NCBI GenBank assembly: GCA_035281745.1
Contig: DATEDI010000014.1
Location: forward strand, 40,587-104,586
Length of the DNA: 64,000 nt
Origin: Rhodanobacteraceae bacterium
Lineage (GTDB): Bacteria > Pseudomonadota > Gammaproteobacteria > Xanthomonadales > Rhodanobacteraceae
Reading direction: 5' to 3'
The translations under genes and the position numbers were made by a program. The notes beneath the pieces are model-generated. The model had not been told where the DNA came from, did no database searches, and saw nothing but the letters and a program-made list of their open reading frames with translations. Every line of letters starts with the position of its first letter. Position 1 is the first letter of the stretch. Below are positions 30,882 through 40,940 of the stretch, piece after piece.

Positions 30882-31661
30882 TCAGCGCGCGAACAGCGGC
30901 TTGTTGAGACGCGCGATCAGGCGCTCGCGGCGTGATGTGCGCGGAGCATCGTCATCTTCCGCCTTCGGTGCGGCTTCCAGCCGCCCGCCGGCGAAACTGC
31001 CGTTCATGTAATCGACCACTTCTTCGTAGGTCATGCCCGACGCGGCCACGATTTCATCGAGGGTGGCGTAGTCCTTCACCATTTCCTTGGCGAGCCGGAA
31101 ATGCTTCGGGTATTCGCGTTCGGTTTCTGGCCAGCGCGACAGCTTGTAACGCTCGCTGCGGATCAACTTGCGGCCCAGGATGCCGGGCGTCGCGATGAAA
31201 CCGGCGTACCAGCGCAGGCGGCCCAGCGGTTGTGCGGGGTTGGCGGCGCGCGCGGCGTTGAGCGCCTCGGAGTAGATCGGTGTCCAGGCGCTGGCCGGCT
31301 GCTGCAACAGCGCGGCAAGCGGCTTCAAGGCGGTCGCTTCGAAGTGGTAGACGTCCTTTTGAGGATCGACCACGAGCTCGGCGCCGTCGGGTCCGACCAG
31401 TTTGCGCGGGCTGGAGAACGTGCCCTGCACGAGTGCGAGTGCCAAGGCTTCGGCCGCGTTCACCGGGCCGACCTCGACGACTTCCGCAGCCTCGACTTGC
31501 ACCGGTTCCGGCGTCTCGATGATCTCGGACGGGATGTCTTCGACCTGCAGGTCTCCGGCGTGCGCGCCGGCAAGCCACGCCTCGAGACCGACGGCGGTAG
31601 TGCGCGGCGCGGCGGAAACCGCGGATTCCAAATCGAATGTCATTTCTTGGTCACCTTGCAT
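30882..31661 (-). CDS. hypothetical protein (acidic N-terminus, basic C-terminus)
   Basis: 259-aa ORF with GGAGGG 9 nt upstream of ATG 31661. No recognisable domain. Confidence 0.6.
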   Translation of the reverse strand: MQGDQEMTFDLESAVSAAPRTTAVGLEAWLAGAHAGDLQVEDIPSEIIETPEPVQVEAAEVVEVGPVNAAEALALALVQGTFSSPRKLVGPDGAELVVDPQKDVYHFEATALKPLAALLQQPASAWTPIYSEALNAARAANPAQPLGRLRWYAGFIATPGILGRKLIRSERYKLSRWPETEREYPKHFRLAKEMVKDYATLDEIVAASGMTYEEVVDYMNGSFAGGRLEAAPKAEDDDAPRTSRRERLIARLNKPLFAR

Positions 31662-31825
31662 GTCGGCGTTCCCTCCGAATCCAACACGAACCTGATCGGC
31701 GCGGATCGAACTGCCTCTGCGCAGACCGCTGCAATGCGCGTGCCAGTTTACGCAGCAGAACCCGCCACGACGCGTGCCGCGACGTAAACATTGGTTACAC
31801 CGTGCGTGACGATTGGGCGGCTGTC

Positions 31826-32032
31826 GTGAGAAGTCAGGCCGGGGAAGGCTGTTTCGGAATTCACCGGGCCGAACCGGTCATGTTGGCGGGAACGTTGGCG
31901 CTGCAGCGATCAGGGACGATCGCAAGGCTGTGGTGGAAAGTCAGGGCATGGATGCCCGTTCTGGCGCTCGTGACCTCAAAACGGCTCGGATCGTCAGCCG
32001 ATCTGTCGAGGCAGCGATCATGGACGATCGCA
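31826..32032 (+). repeat. tandem pair of ~107-nt structured, GGA-rich repeat units
   Basis: Two units, each ending in the hairpin GCAGCGATCA(G/T)GGACGATCGCA (31903-31924 and 32011-32032). The core reads GT(G/-)GA(A/G)AAGTCAGG plus a hairpin. A related copy lies at 39725-39852. Confidence 0.6.
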
Positions 32033-32036
32033 CCAG

Positions 32037-33956
32037 TCAAGCCTCCACGGGCTGCCTGGCCTGCAGCGCCCACAGTGCGGCATAGCGGCCGCCGAGCGCG
32101 AGTAGTTCGGCATGGCTGCCGGACTCGACCACGCGGCCACGATCCAGTACCAGGATGCGGTCGGCTTCCACGATGGTCGAAAGCCGGTGCGCGACCATCA
32201 GGGTGGTGCGCCCGCGCGCGATCTCGGAAAGTTCGGTCTGGATGATCTTTTCGGTGCGGGTGTCGAGCGCGCTGGTGGCTTCATCGAACACCAGGATGCA
32301 CGGGTTCTTCAGCAACGCGCGTGCGATCGCAACCCGCTGCTTCTCGCCGCCCGAGAGCTTCAGGCCGCGTTCGCCGACGGTGGTTTCGTAGCCTTGCGGC
32401 AACGACAGCACGAAGTCGTGGATGTGCGCGGCGCGCGCGGCGGCTTCCACTTCCTCGCGAGTGGCGTCGGTACGCCCGTACGCAATGTTGTAGTAGATGG
32501 TGTCGTTGAAGAGTACCGTGTCCTGCGGCACGATCCCGATCGCCGCGCGGAGGGATTCCTGCGTGACGTCGCGGATATCTTGGCCGTCGATCGTGATGCG
32601 GCCGCCGCTGACATCGTAGAAGCGGAACAGCAACCGCGACAGGGTCGATTTGCCCGCGCCGGTTTCGCCGACCACCGCCAGCGTCGTGCCGGGCGGAATC
32701 GTGAAATCGATGTCGTCGAGGATCGCGCGATCGGGGTTGTAGCGGAACGACACGTGCTCGAAGCGGACCTCGCCACCGCGCGCCACCAGCGACTTCGCGT
32801 CGGGCACGTCCTGCACCTCGGCGTGCTCGTCCAGCAGGCCGAACATGTGTTCCATGTCGATCACGCCCTGCTTGATCTGCCGCCAGGTGAAGCCGAGCAT
32901 GTTGAGCGGGATCGCCAACTGCAGCAACCAGCCGTTCACCATCACGATGTCGCCGACCGACAAGGTGTGCGCGACCACGCCTTCCGCTGCCATCACCATC
33001 AGCAGGGTCACGCCGATCGCGATCACCAGCGCCTGCGCGCCATTCAATACAGCCAGCGAACTCTCGGTCTTTACCGCCGCGTCTTCGTAGCGGCACAGGT
33101 CGGCGTCGTAGCGGCGCGCCTCGAATTCCTCGTTGCCGAAATACTTCACCGTCTCGTAGTTGAGCAGGCTGTCGATCGCGCGCGCATTGGCCAGGCTCTC
33201 GACCTCATTCATCACGCGCACGCCGGCGGTGCGCCATTCGGTGATCCAGATCGTCACGATGATGTAGGCCACCATCGTGACCAGCGTGACGGCGGCATAA
33301 CGCCAATCCAGTTGCCGCAGCATGAAGGCGATCACCACCACGATTTCGAAGATCGTCGGGATGATGTTGAACACCACCCAGCCCAGCAGGTTGTACACAC
33401 CGCGCGTGCCACGCGAGATGTCGCGGCCGACGCCACCGGTGTGGCGATCCAGATGGAAGCGCAGCGACAGCCGGTGCAGGTGCCGGAACGCGTCCAGCCC
33501 CGACGCGCGCATCGCGCGCTGACTGACGCGTTCGAACACGGTGTCGCGAAGCTGCCCGAACAAGGCGCCGATCAGGCGCAGCAGGCCGTACAAGGCGATC
33601 AGGGCAATCGGCACGGTCAGCGCGGCGATGCGCGGATCCAGATGGTCGACGATGCCCTTGAACGCGAGGGGCACGTAAACCGTCGCCATTTTGGCGATCA
33701 CCAGAAGTGTCGCGGCCACCGCCATGCGCGCCGGAAAGCCGCGGATGTACGGCCACAGCATCGCCAGCACCCGCAGCGTGCCACTGCCCGAAGGAGCTTT
33801 TGCAGGCGTTGCCACTTGCGCGGCAGGTGTTTCCGAGGTGGTCGCGCCCGCATGCTCGTTGCGCGGTGCTGCGGTCGCGTGCGGCGTCACCGCCGGTTTC
33901 GGCTTGGCCGGGTCGGCATCGGGCGGCTGCTGTTCGGGGTGTTGCGGGTCGGCCAT
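32037..33956 (-). CDS. Atm1/HMT1-type ABC exporter (fused permease and ATPase)
   Basis: Six-TM domain plus NBD with Walker [10 protein letters not shown] and signature [14 protein letters not shown]. Atm1-like overall, by recollection. Confidence 0.85.
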   Translation of the reverse strand: MADPQHPEQQPPDADPAKPKPAVTPHATAAPRNEHAGATTSETPAAQVATPAKAPSGSGTLRVLAMLWPYIRGFPARMAVAATLLVIAKMATVYVPLAFKGIVDHLDPRIAALTVPIALIALYGLLRLIGALFGQLRDTVFERVSQRAMRASGLDAFRHLHRLSLRFHLDRHTGGVGRDISRGTRGVYNLLGWVVFNIIPTIFEIVVVIAFMLRQLDWRYAAVTLVTMVAYIIVTIWITEWRTAGVRVMNEVESLANARAIDSLLNYETVKYFGNEEFEARRYDADLCRYEDAAVKTESSLAVLNGAQALVIAIGVTLLMVMAAEGVVAHTLSVGDIVMVNGWLLQLAIPLNMLGFTWRQIKQGVIDMEHMFGLLDEHAEVQDVPDAKSLVARGGEVRFEHVSFRYNPDRAILDDIDFTIPPGTTLAVVGETGAGKSTLSRLLFRFYDVSGGRITIDGQDIRDVTQESLRAAIGIVPQDTVLFNDTIYYNIAYGRTDATREEVEAAARAAHIHDFVLSLPQGYETTVGERGLKLSGGEKQRVAIARALLKNPCILVFDEATSALDTRTEKIIQTELSEIARGRTTLMVAHRLSTIVEADRILVLDRGRVVESGSHAELLALGGRYAALWALQARQPVEA

Positions 33957-34036
33957 CCGCGAATCATGGGGGCGCCGCGGCCGGGCTTCCAGCCCGATCC
34001 GCTAAACTTCCGCGTTCCCACAATGCTTGTTTGCCG

Positions 34037-35437
34037 ATGACCTTCCGCACCCGCTTCGCCCCCAGCCCAACCGGTTTCCTGCACATCGGCGGCGCCCGCA
34101 CCGCGCTGTACTGCTGGCTGGAGACGCGCCACCGCGGTGGGCAATTCATCCTGCGCATCGAGGATACCGATCGCGAGCGCTCCACCGACGCGGCGGTGCA
34201 GGCGATCCTGGACGGCATGCACTGGCTGGGGCTCGACCCCGACGAGGGCCCGTTCTACCAGACGCAGCGGATGCAGCGTTACCGCGAAGTCGCGCAGCAG
34301 TTGCACGATGCGGGCAGGGCGTATTGGGCGTATGAATCGAAGGAAGAACTCGATGCAATGCGCGCCGCGATGAAGGAACGCGGCGAGAAGCCGCGCTACG
34401 ACGGCCGCGCGCGCGACGCCAACCTTCCGTATCGCGATGATCCGAACCGCGTGCTGCGTTTCCGGAATCCGCAGTCGGGCAGCGTGGTCTTCGACGACAA
34501 GATCAAAGGGCGCGTCGAATGGGCCAACGCCGAACTCGACGACTTCGTGATGCTGCGTTCGGATGGTTTTCCGACCTACAACTTCGCGGTGGTGGTGGAC
34601 GATCTCGACATGAAGATCACCGAGGTGATCCGCGGCGACGACCACGTCAACAACACGCCGCGCCAGATCAACCTTTACGAGGCGCTGGGCGCGCCCGTCC
34701 CGACGTTCGCGCACTTGCCGATGATCCTGGGTCCGGACGGCCAGAAACTTTCCAAGCGCCATGGCGCGGTGGGCGTGATGCAATATCGCGAAGATGGTTA
34801 CCTGCCGCATGCGCTGCTGAATTACCTGGTGCGGCTCGGTTGGTCGCACGGCGACCAGGAAATCTTCTCGATCAAGGAAATGGTCGACCTGTTCGACATC
34901 GCCAACGTCAACCACTCCGCGGCGCGCTTCGACTTCGCCAAGCTGGGCTGGCTCAACCAGCACTATCTGAAGGAAGGCGATCCGCGCGAACTCGGCAGGG
35001 AACTGGCGTGGCATCTCGAGCGGCTCGGGCTGGATGTGTCCAATGGGCCCGATCCCGCGGAAGTCGTGATCGTTTTGCGCGAGCGCGTGCAGACCCTGAA
35101 GGCGATGGCCGAACAGGCACGCATCTGGTATGCGCCGATCGAGGCGTGGGACGACAAGGCGGTCAAGAAGCATTTGCAGGCGGAAGGCGCCGCCGATGCG
35201 TTGCGTGCCATGCAAGCGAAGCTCACCGCATTGGCGACCTGGAAACCGGCGGACATCCACGCGCTGGTCGCCGAAGTCGCCGCCGAACGCGGCATCGGCA
35301 TGGGCAAGGTCGCGCAGCCATTGCGCGTCGCGATGACCGGTACCGCGGTGTCGCCGTCGATCGAGGACACGGTGTATCTCGCCGGGCGCGATGTCGCGTT
35401 GCGCCGCATCGACGACGCGATCACGCGGGCAAGCTGA
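34037..35437 (+). CDS. gltX: glutamate--tRNA ligase
   Basis: [20 protein letters not shown] and KLSKRHG motifs. Start ATG 34037. Confidence 0.95.
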   Translation: MTFRTRFAPSPTGFLHIGGARTALYCWLETRHRGGQFILRIEDTDRERSTDAAVQAILDGMHWLGLDPDEGPFYQTQRMQRYREVAQQLHDAGRAYWAYESKEELDAMRAAMKERGEKPRYDGRARDANLPYRDDPNRVLRFRNPQSGSVVFDDKIKGRVEWANAELDDFVMLRSDGFPTYNFAVVVDDLDMKITEVIRGDDHVNNTPRQINLYEALGAPVPTFAHLPMILGPDGQKLSKRHGAVGVMQYREDGYLPHALLNYLVRLGWSHGDQEIFSIKEMVDLFDIANVNHSAARFDFAKLGWLNQHYLKEGDPRELGRELAWHLERLGLDVSNGPDPAEVVIVLRERVQTLKAMAEQARIWYAPIEAWDDKAVKKHLQAEGAADALRAMQAKLTALATWKPADIHALVAEVAAERGIGMGKVAQPLRVAMTGTAVSPSIEDTVYLAGRDVALRRIDDAITRAS

Positions 35438-35881
35438 GCGCATCGCGGCCAATCCGCACGACCTCGTTGTACCGTGATGGCATCGAGGATCAGCGTTTGG
35501 CCCCGTCGATCGCGACCAGGCCGGCCATTCGGTTCCGGGCTTGCCTGGGACTGCGCTGCAATCCGTGCCGGATGATGCCGCCGGTACCTTTGCGCATCCA
35601 CAGCGCGTACAGCCCACGGTAGGAGCTTTGCATCATCTGGGGTAGGCGCGCGGGCGGGTGTGCGAGTGTCTCTGGTTTTCGCTAGCCGAGTCGAATGGTG
35701 CGAGACAGGCCATCGTCGCCCGCGGCAAGAAGCTGCTTGGGGGCACAGTTTGGCCGTCGTGCCGCCGGCCATTACAGTACCCTTGCTTCCGCAAGTCGAG
35801 CGGCACATTCCTGTCACTGGTTGGGGATACGCGTTCCGAGGCGCTGCAGCCTGCCGGAATTTCATCGCGCGCGGTTTGGCC

Positions 35882-36187
35882 ATGAACGAGTTGCTGCACA
35901 AACTTCTGCAAGGCGTCGACCCGAATGCGCCCGGGGCATTCGGGAAGTTGCTGCACAACATGCTGGCGCTGGTGCCGTGGTGGCCACTGATCTGGTTCAC
36001 GATTGCGTGCGCGGTGTTCGGCGCGGTGCTCGGTTGGTGGCGGGGCAGGATCGTGCTCGCCGTCGCGCTCGGTCTGGTGGTAGGGCCGATCGCGTGGGCG
36101 GCATTGTGGGCGTTGCCGCCGGGACGTTACGGCCCGGCGAGGCGAAGGCTGGATCGGCGGCGGGCATTGAATCGCGAACTGGCGTGA
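35882..36187 (+). CDS. small hypothetical membrane protein
   Basis: 101 aa with two hydrophobic segments. Start ATG 35882. No family recognised. Confidence 0.5.
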   Translation: MNELLHKLLQGVDPNAPGAFGKLLHNMLALVPWWPLIWFTIACAVFGAVLGWWRGRIVLAVALGLVVGPIAWAALWALPPGRYGPARRRLDRRRALNRELA

Positions 36188-36277
36188 TCGCACGCGGGAA
36201 TCACGCTTGCAAATGCACGCATTCGACCCGAAATAGCTTCAGCCCGTGCCTTTCCGCGCGAGCGCTAGAATGCAGCC

Positions 36278-36757
36278 ATGGTCACCGCACCCAAAGCCGC
36301 GCACCACCATCACCACCACGACGCCGCCGCCATCGTGCGCGAGGTGGCGCACGAGTGCGATGCGCGTGGCCTGCGCCTGACGCCACTGCGGCGCGAGGTG
36401 CTGGAACTGGTCGCCAAGGCACGCAGGCCGGTCAAGGCGTACGATCTACTGGAATCGTTGCGCGACCGCCACGCCGGTGCGGCGCCTCCGACCGTTTATC
36501 GTGCACTCGACTTCCTGCTGGAGAACGGCTTCATCCACAAGCTGGAATCGATCAACGCCTTCGTGTTCTGCCAGCATCCGGCCGAAGCGCACCAAGTGCC
36601 GTTCCTGATTTGCGATGTATGCGAGAGTGCCACTGAAGTCTGCGATGAGGGCGCGATCGCGCAGTTGATCGAACGGCAAGCGCGCGACTTCGGTTTTCGC
36701 GCCAAGGCGCAGACACTGGAAGTGCATGGCGTCTGCAGGCGGTGTGGTCCGGCCTGA
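36278..36757 (+). CDS. zur: Fur-family zinc uptake regulator
   Basis: Fur fold with CxxC...CxxC pairs (CDVCES, CRRC) and an N-terminal His6 run. The adjacent gene carries a Zur box. Confidence 0.85.
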   Translation: MVTAPKAAHHHHHHDAAAIVREVAHECDARGLRLTPLRREVLELVAKARRPVKAYDLLESLRDRHAGAAPPTVYRALDFLLENGFIHKLESINAFVFCQHPAEAHQVPFLICDVCESATEVCDEGAIAQLIERQARDFGFRAKAQTLEVHGVCRRCGPA

Positions 36758-36821
36758 GCGGCCTCCACGTTTCCGTGTTCCGGGCGCGCACTTTTGCGTA
36801 CGGCTATTGCAGATCGCGCAT

Positions 36822-36843
36822 GAAATGTTATAACATAACATTC
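36822..36843 (+). promoter_or_regulatory. Zur box
   Basis: GAAATGTTATAACATAACATTC contains AATGTTAT-AAC-ATAACATT, matching the gammaproteobacterial Zur consensus GAAATGTTATAWTATAACATTTC. It abuts the TonB-receptor ATG. Confidence 0.8.
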
Positions 36844-39063
36844 ATGAGATCGTCCACATATCTGTTCAACCCGCGCCAGAAGGCATGCTTGGCGGTCGTC
36901 ACCGCCGCGTTCGGGTGTCTGGTCCATGCCACGGCTTTCGCCGACGATGCGGTCACGAAAAAACTGCAGGCGCCACGGCCGGCGGATCACAGCGCCGAAA
37001 CAAATGCGCCGCATCCCGTGGCACCCCGAACCGATGCCCCGTTGACGCTGGATACGGTGCAGGTCAATGCGCGTCTCGACCGTGCTCGCAACGCGTTGTC
37101 GCCGGATACCGGCACCAGCCGCACGGTGTTCGACCGCAAGGCCATCCGCCAGTTGCCGCAGGGCGAGGACACGCCGCTGAACCAAGTGCTGCTGCAGGCG
37201 CCGGGCGTGGTGCAGGATTCGTTCGGGCAATTGCACGTGCGCGGCGACCACGCCAACCTGCAATACCGCATCGATGGGGTCATCATCCCCGAAAGCATCA
37301 GCGGTTTCGGGCAGACCCTCGACACCCGCGCGATCCAGTCGCTCACTTTCCTGACCGGTGCGCTGCCCGCGCAGTACGGCTACCGCACGGCGGGCGTGGT
37401 GGAGATCGACACCAAGTCCGGCGCGCAGCTCGGCAACGGCGGCACTGTGAATCTGTACGGCGGGTCGTTCGGGACGTTCAATCCGGGCTTCGAGGTGCAC
37501 GGCAATCAGGGACGTTGGTCGTATTACCTGACCACGAACTTCCTGGAGAGCGACACCGGAATCCAGAATCCGACACCCGCGCGCAACGCGATCCACGACC
37601 ACGCCGACCAGTTCAAGGGCTTCGGTTACGTCTCGTATCTGATCGACGACAACGCGCGCGCCGGCTTCTATTTCGGCACAGCCAACAACCGTTTCCAGAT
37701 TCCGAACAACCCAGGCCAGTCGCCGCAGTTTATGTACGGCGACATCAGCGACTTCGATTCATCGAAACTGGATGAGGCCCAGCGCGAAGTGACGCGCTTC
37801 GGCGTGTTCAACCTGCAAGGCCACCTCGGGAACCTGGATACCGACTACCGTGTCGCGCTCGGGCAGCGCTTCAGCAGCGTGGCGTTCCGTCCGGACCTCG
37901 TCGGTGACCTGATGTTCAACGGCGTCGCGTCCTCGGTCCACCGCGGCGATCGAGCGGCCACCTTGCAGGCGGATTTTTCGACGCCGCTCGGCGAGTCGCA
38001 CTTGCTGCGCTATGGGTTCTATGCGGAGAACGAAGGCGCCGCCTCGAACAATGATTCGTGGGTGTTTCCGGCCGACGCCGAGGGTGCGCAGACCTCCACC
38101 ACGCCATTCCACATCGCGGATGAGCATTTCCAGCATGCGCATACGTTGGGTGCATACGTGCAGGATCAATGGCAGGTCGCCCAGGATCTCGTGGTCAATT
38201 ACGGCCTGCGGGCAGACCGTTACAGCGCGTGGCTGAAAGAAGGACAGGTCAGTCCGCGCGTGGGCCTGGTATGGGATGCGACGCCGGGCACGACCGTGCA
38301 CGCCGGCTACGCGCGCTATTTCACGCCACCCGATACCGAACTGATCGCGTCCGAGGATATCGCGCTGTACGCGGGCACCACCAATCAGTTGCCGAACGAC
38401 CGGACCGGACCGGTGAAGGCCGAACGTTCCAACTATTACGACGTGGGCGTTTCGCAAAAACTGGGTCGCCATCTGACGATCGGACTGGACGGCTATGACC
38501 GGCAGGTGAAGTACCTGCAGGACGAGGGCCAGTTCGGCGCCGTGCTGGTGTTCTCGCCATTCAATTATGCCCGCGGTCGCGCGCACGGCATCGAGTTGTC
38601 GGTCAACTATGAAAACGGGCCGCTGAACGCGTATTTCAATCTCGCGCAAAGCCGCGCGATGGGGAAGGGCGTCATCTCGGGGCAATACAACTTCGACGAG
38701 GATGAACTCGACTACATCGATGCCCACTGGGTGCATCTGGACCACGACCAGAAGTTGGCGGCATCGGGGGGCGCGAGTTATGCGATCGACGCCAGCACTC
38801 GCGTGGGCGCGGACTTCCTCTACGGCAGCGGGCTCCGGCGCGATTTCGCAAACACCGCCTCGCTGCCTTCGTATTTCCAGTTGAACCTGAGCCTGGAACA
38901 CGGCTTCAAGTTGCCCGGCTTCGGCAAGCTGGATGCGCGCCTGACCCTGATCAACGCATTGGATCGCGTCTACGAATTGCGCGACGGCTCCGGAATCGGC
39001 GTTGGCGCGCCGCAGTACGGTCCCCGTCGCGGGCTGTACCTGGGCCTGGGCAAGGATTTCTGA
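36844..39063 (+). CDS. TonB-dependent outer-membrane receptor (Zur-regulated, ZnuD-like candidate)
   Basis: Signal peptide ending AFA-DD, plug and barrel sequence, C-terminal F. Confidence 0.9.
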   Translation: MRSSTYLFNPRQKACLAVVTAAFGCLVHATAFADDAVTKKLQAPRPADHSAETNAPHPVAPRTDAPLTLDTVQVNARLDRARNALSPDTGTSRTVFDRKAIRQLPQGEDTPLNQVLLQAPGVVQDSFGQLHVRGDHANLQYRIDGVIIPESISGFGQTLDTRAIQSLTFLTGALPAQYGYRTAGVVEIDTKSGAQLGNGGTVNLYGGSFGTFNPGFEVHGNQGRWSYYLTTNFLESDTGIQNPTPARNAIHDHADQFKGFGYVSYLIDDNARAGFYFGTANNRFQIPNNPGQSPQFMYGDISDFDSSKLDEAQREVTRFGVFNLQGHLGNLDTDYRVALGQRFSSVAFRPDLVGDLMFNGVASSVHRGDRAATLQADFSTPLGESHLLRYGFYAENEGAASNNDSWVFPADAEGAQTSTTPFHIADEHFQHAHTLGAYVQDQWQVAQDLVVNYGLRADRYSAWLKEGQVSPRVGLVWDATPGTTVHAGYARYFTPPDTELIASEDIALYAGTTNQLPNDRTGPVKAERSNYYDVGVSQKLGRHLTIGLDGYDRQVKYLQDEGQFGAVLVFSPFNYARGRAHGIELSVNYENGPLNAYFNLAQSRAMGKGVISGQYNFDEDELDYIDAHWVHLDHDQKLAASGGASYAIDASTRVGADFLYGSGLRRDFANTASLPSYFQLNLSLEHGFKLPGFGKLDARLTLINALDRVYELRDGSGIGVGAPQYGPRRGLYLGLGKDF

Positions 39064-39107
39064 ACGGGCGGCCATCGTCTGTCGATCGGCCGCCGCCCAC
39101 CACGGCG

Positions 39108-39127
39108 GAAACGTTATAATGTTGCAC
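39108..39127 (+). promoter_or_regulatory. degenerate Zur-box-like site overlapping a TATAAT
   Basis: In GAAACGTTATAATGTTGCAC the left half-site is good and the right half is 3/6. Confidence 0.4.
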
Positions 39128-39682
39128 ATCCCTGCGGATCCCGGGCTCGATTCAGCCAATGCACGCAACGATGCGGCGCGTGCCGGCGACGAGAACTTCA
39201 AGCAAGTGGACATGCCTTCCTTCCAATCTGCCCCCGCTTTCGTTCCATCGTCGCCGTTGGTGCCAGCGCCCCGGCGTTTCGCGGCGCTGGTCGATCGCGT
39301 CGGCGCGACCGCGTCGATGCTGTGCGCGGTGCATTGCGCGTTGCTGCCATTCGTGTTGGCGTTGCTGCCATTGATCGGGCTGGAATTCCTGGCCGGCCAT
39401 ACGTTCGAACGAATCTTCGTCAGCTGCGCGGCCGTGCTGGCCTGCGCCAGCCTTGTCACCGCGTATCGTCGCCATCGTCGCCCCCACGCCCTGTTCCTGA
39501 TGGTGCCGGGCATCGCGCTGCTGGTGATTGGCGTCGCCGTGAATCTGGACGTGCACGTCCTCGTCCACACCACGTGCGTGGTGACCGGCGGCCTGCTGGT
39601 GGCCAGCGCGCACGTCGTCAATCTCGTGTTGGCGCATCGACATCACCACGCGACCTGCGCACATGCACCGGCCCGAGCTTGA
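39119..39682 (+). CDS. MerC-family membrane protein
   Basis: MLCAVHCALLPF motif, four hydrophobic segments and a His-rich C-terminus. Start uncertain (ATG 39119 or ATG 39212). Confidence 0.65.
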   Translation: MLHIPADPGLDSANARNDAARAGDENFKQVDMPSFQSAPAFVPSSPLVPAPRRFAALVDRVGATASMLCAVHCALLPFVLALLPLIGLEFLAGHTFERIFVSCAAVLACASLVTAYRRHRRPHALFLMVPGIALLVIGVAVNLDVHVLVHTTCVVTGGLLVASAHVVNLVLAHRHHHATCAHAPARA

Positions 39683-39724
39683 TGCACACGTGGCTCACTG
39701 CGGCGGCGCGAACGCTCTCGTGAT

Positions 39725-39852
39725 GCAGCAATCAGGATGATCGAAGAGCTTCGTGGAAAGTCAGGCCACGGAAGGCCGTCCTGATGTTGCTGGCGCGGGA
39801 GTGGTAGCGAGGAGGCCGAGGTCCTGTTAGGCAGCGATCATGGACGATCGCA
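39725..39852 (+). repeat. single ~128-nt unit of the GGA-rich structured repeat family
   Basis: Starts with the degenerate hairpin GCAGCAATCAGGATGATCG, has the core GTGGAAAGTCAGGCCACGGAAGGCCGTCCTGA, and ends with GCAGCGATCATGGACGATCGCA, identical to 32011-32032. Confidence 0.6.
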
Positions 39853-39899
39853 GAGGCATGGTAATTGTGTAACCCCGGCGCGAGCCGTACGCTGCGCGC

Positions 39900-40841
39900 A
39901 TGGCGAACCCTCACGCTCACGTCCATGACCACGAACACCCCCGCGGCAGCCGCGGGGTATTGGCGTTTGCATTCGCACTGACCTGCGCGATGCTGATCGT
40001 CGAAGCGATCGGCGGCTGGTGGTCGGGTTCGCTGGCGCTGCTGGCCGATGCCGCGCACATGCTGGTGGATGCCGGCGCGCTGGCGCTGGCCTGGGCCGCG
40101 GCGGCGTTCGCTTTGCGCCCCGCGGACGCGCGGCGCAGTTTCGGTTACGCGCGGCTGGAGGTGCTGGCCGGATTCGTCAATGCGTTGGTGCAATTGCTGC
40201 TGGTGGCGGGCATTGTCTACGAGGCCGTCAAACGCCTGCTGGCGCTGGACGCGATCCACATCGAATCCGGTGTGATGCTGGTTGTGGCGGCCGTCGGTTT
40301 GATGGTCAACGCGGTGGTCTTGCGCAGCCTGCACGGTCACGACCATGACGACCTCAACACCGCGGGCGCGCGGCTGCACGTGTTCGGCGACCTGCTGGGT
40401 TCCATCGCGACGGTGCTGGCCGCGCTGCTGGTGCGCTACCTCGGCTGGGGGTGGGCCGATCCGGTGCTTTCGCTGCTGGTGTCACTGCTGATCCTGCGCG
40501 GCGCATTCGCATTGTTGAAACGCTCTTCGCACATTCTGCTGGAAGGTGTGCCCGAAGACGTGGCGCCCGAGGAGATCCGCGCGGCCCTGGCCGACGCGGA
40601 CCCATCGATCATGGAAGTGCATCACCTGCACGTCTGGCAGATCGCGTCCGGTTCGCGCATGGCAACCTTGCACGCGCGGGTATGCGAAGGAGGCGATGCG
40701 CGGCACGCGCTGCAAGTGATCCAGCGGGTGTTGCGCGAGCGCTTTTCGATCAGCCATGTCACCGTGCAGATCGAAACGACGGAGTGCCTCGATCCACAAA
40801 CCGGTTGTCGCGAGCCCGGACACCCGCAGCATCACGTGTGA
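39900..40841 (+). CDS. czcD: cation diffusion facilitator Zn/Co/Cd efflux transporter
   Basis: His-rich N-terminus, CDF signature, six TM segments, an HGHDHDD loop and a cytoplasmic C-terminal domain. Confidence 0.9.
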   Translation: MANPHAHVHDHEHPRGSRGVLAFAFALTCAMLIVEAIGGWWSGSLALLADAAHMLVDAGALALAWAAAAFALRPADARRSFGYARLEVLAGFVNALVQLLLVAGIVYEAVKRLLALDAIHIESGVMLVVAAVGLMVNAVVLRSLHGHDHDDLNTAGARLHVFGDLLGSIATVLAALLVRYLGWGWADPVLSLLVSLLILRGAFALLKRSSHILLEGVPEDVAPEEIRAALADADPSIMEVHHLHVWQIASGSRMATLHARVCEGGDARHALQVIQRVLRERFSISHVTVQIETTECLDPQTGCREPGHPQHHV

Positions 40842-40940
40842 TGACAGGTGTCACCGTGGAATCGGTGACTTCCGGCATTTTCGCGAACCTGTCTGTCGGC
40901 ACGAAGCTGGTTGCATCTCGTGACGAAAGGAGATGCCCTC

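Noticed and set aside
35490-35636. The 48-codon minus-strand ORF MMQSSYRGLYALWMRKGTGG... as a gene or gene remnant.
   Set aside because: No RBS, no recognisable family, and too short to support on its own. It is kept only as a note within the non-coding gap finding.
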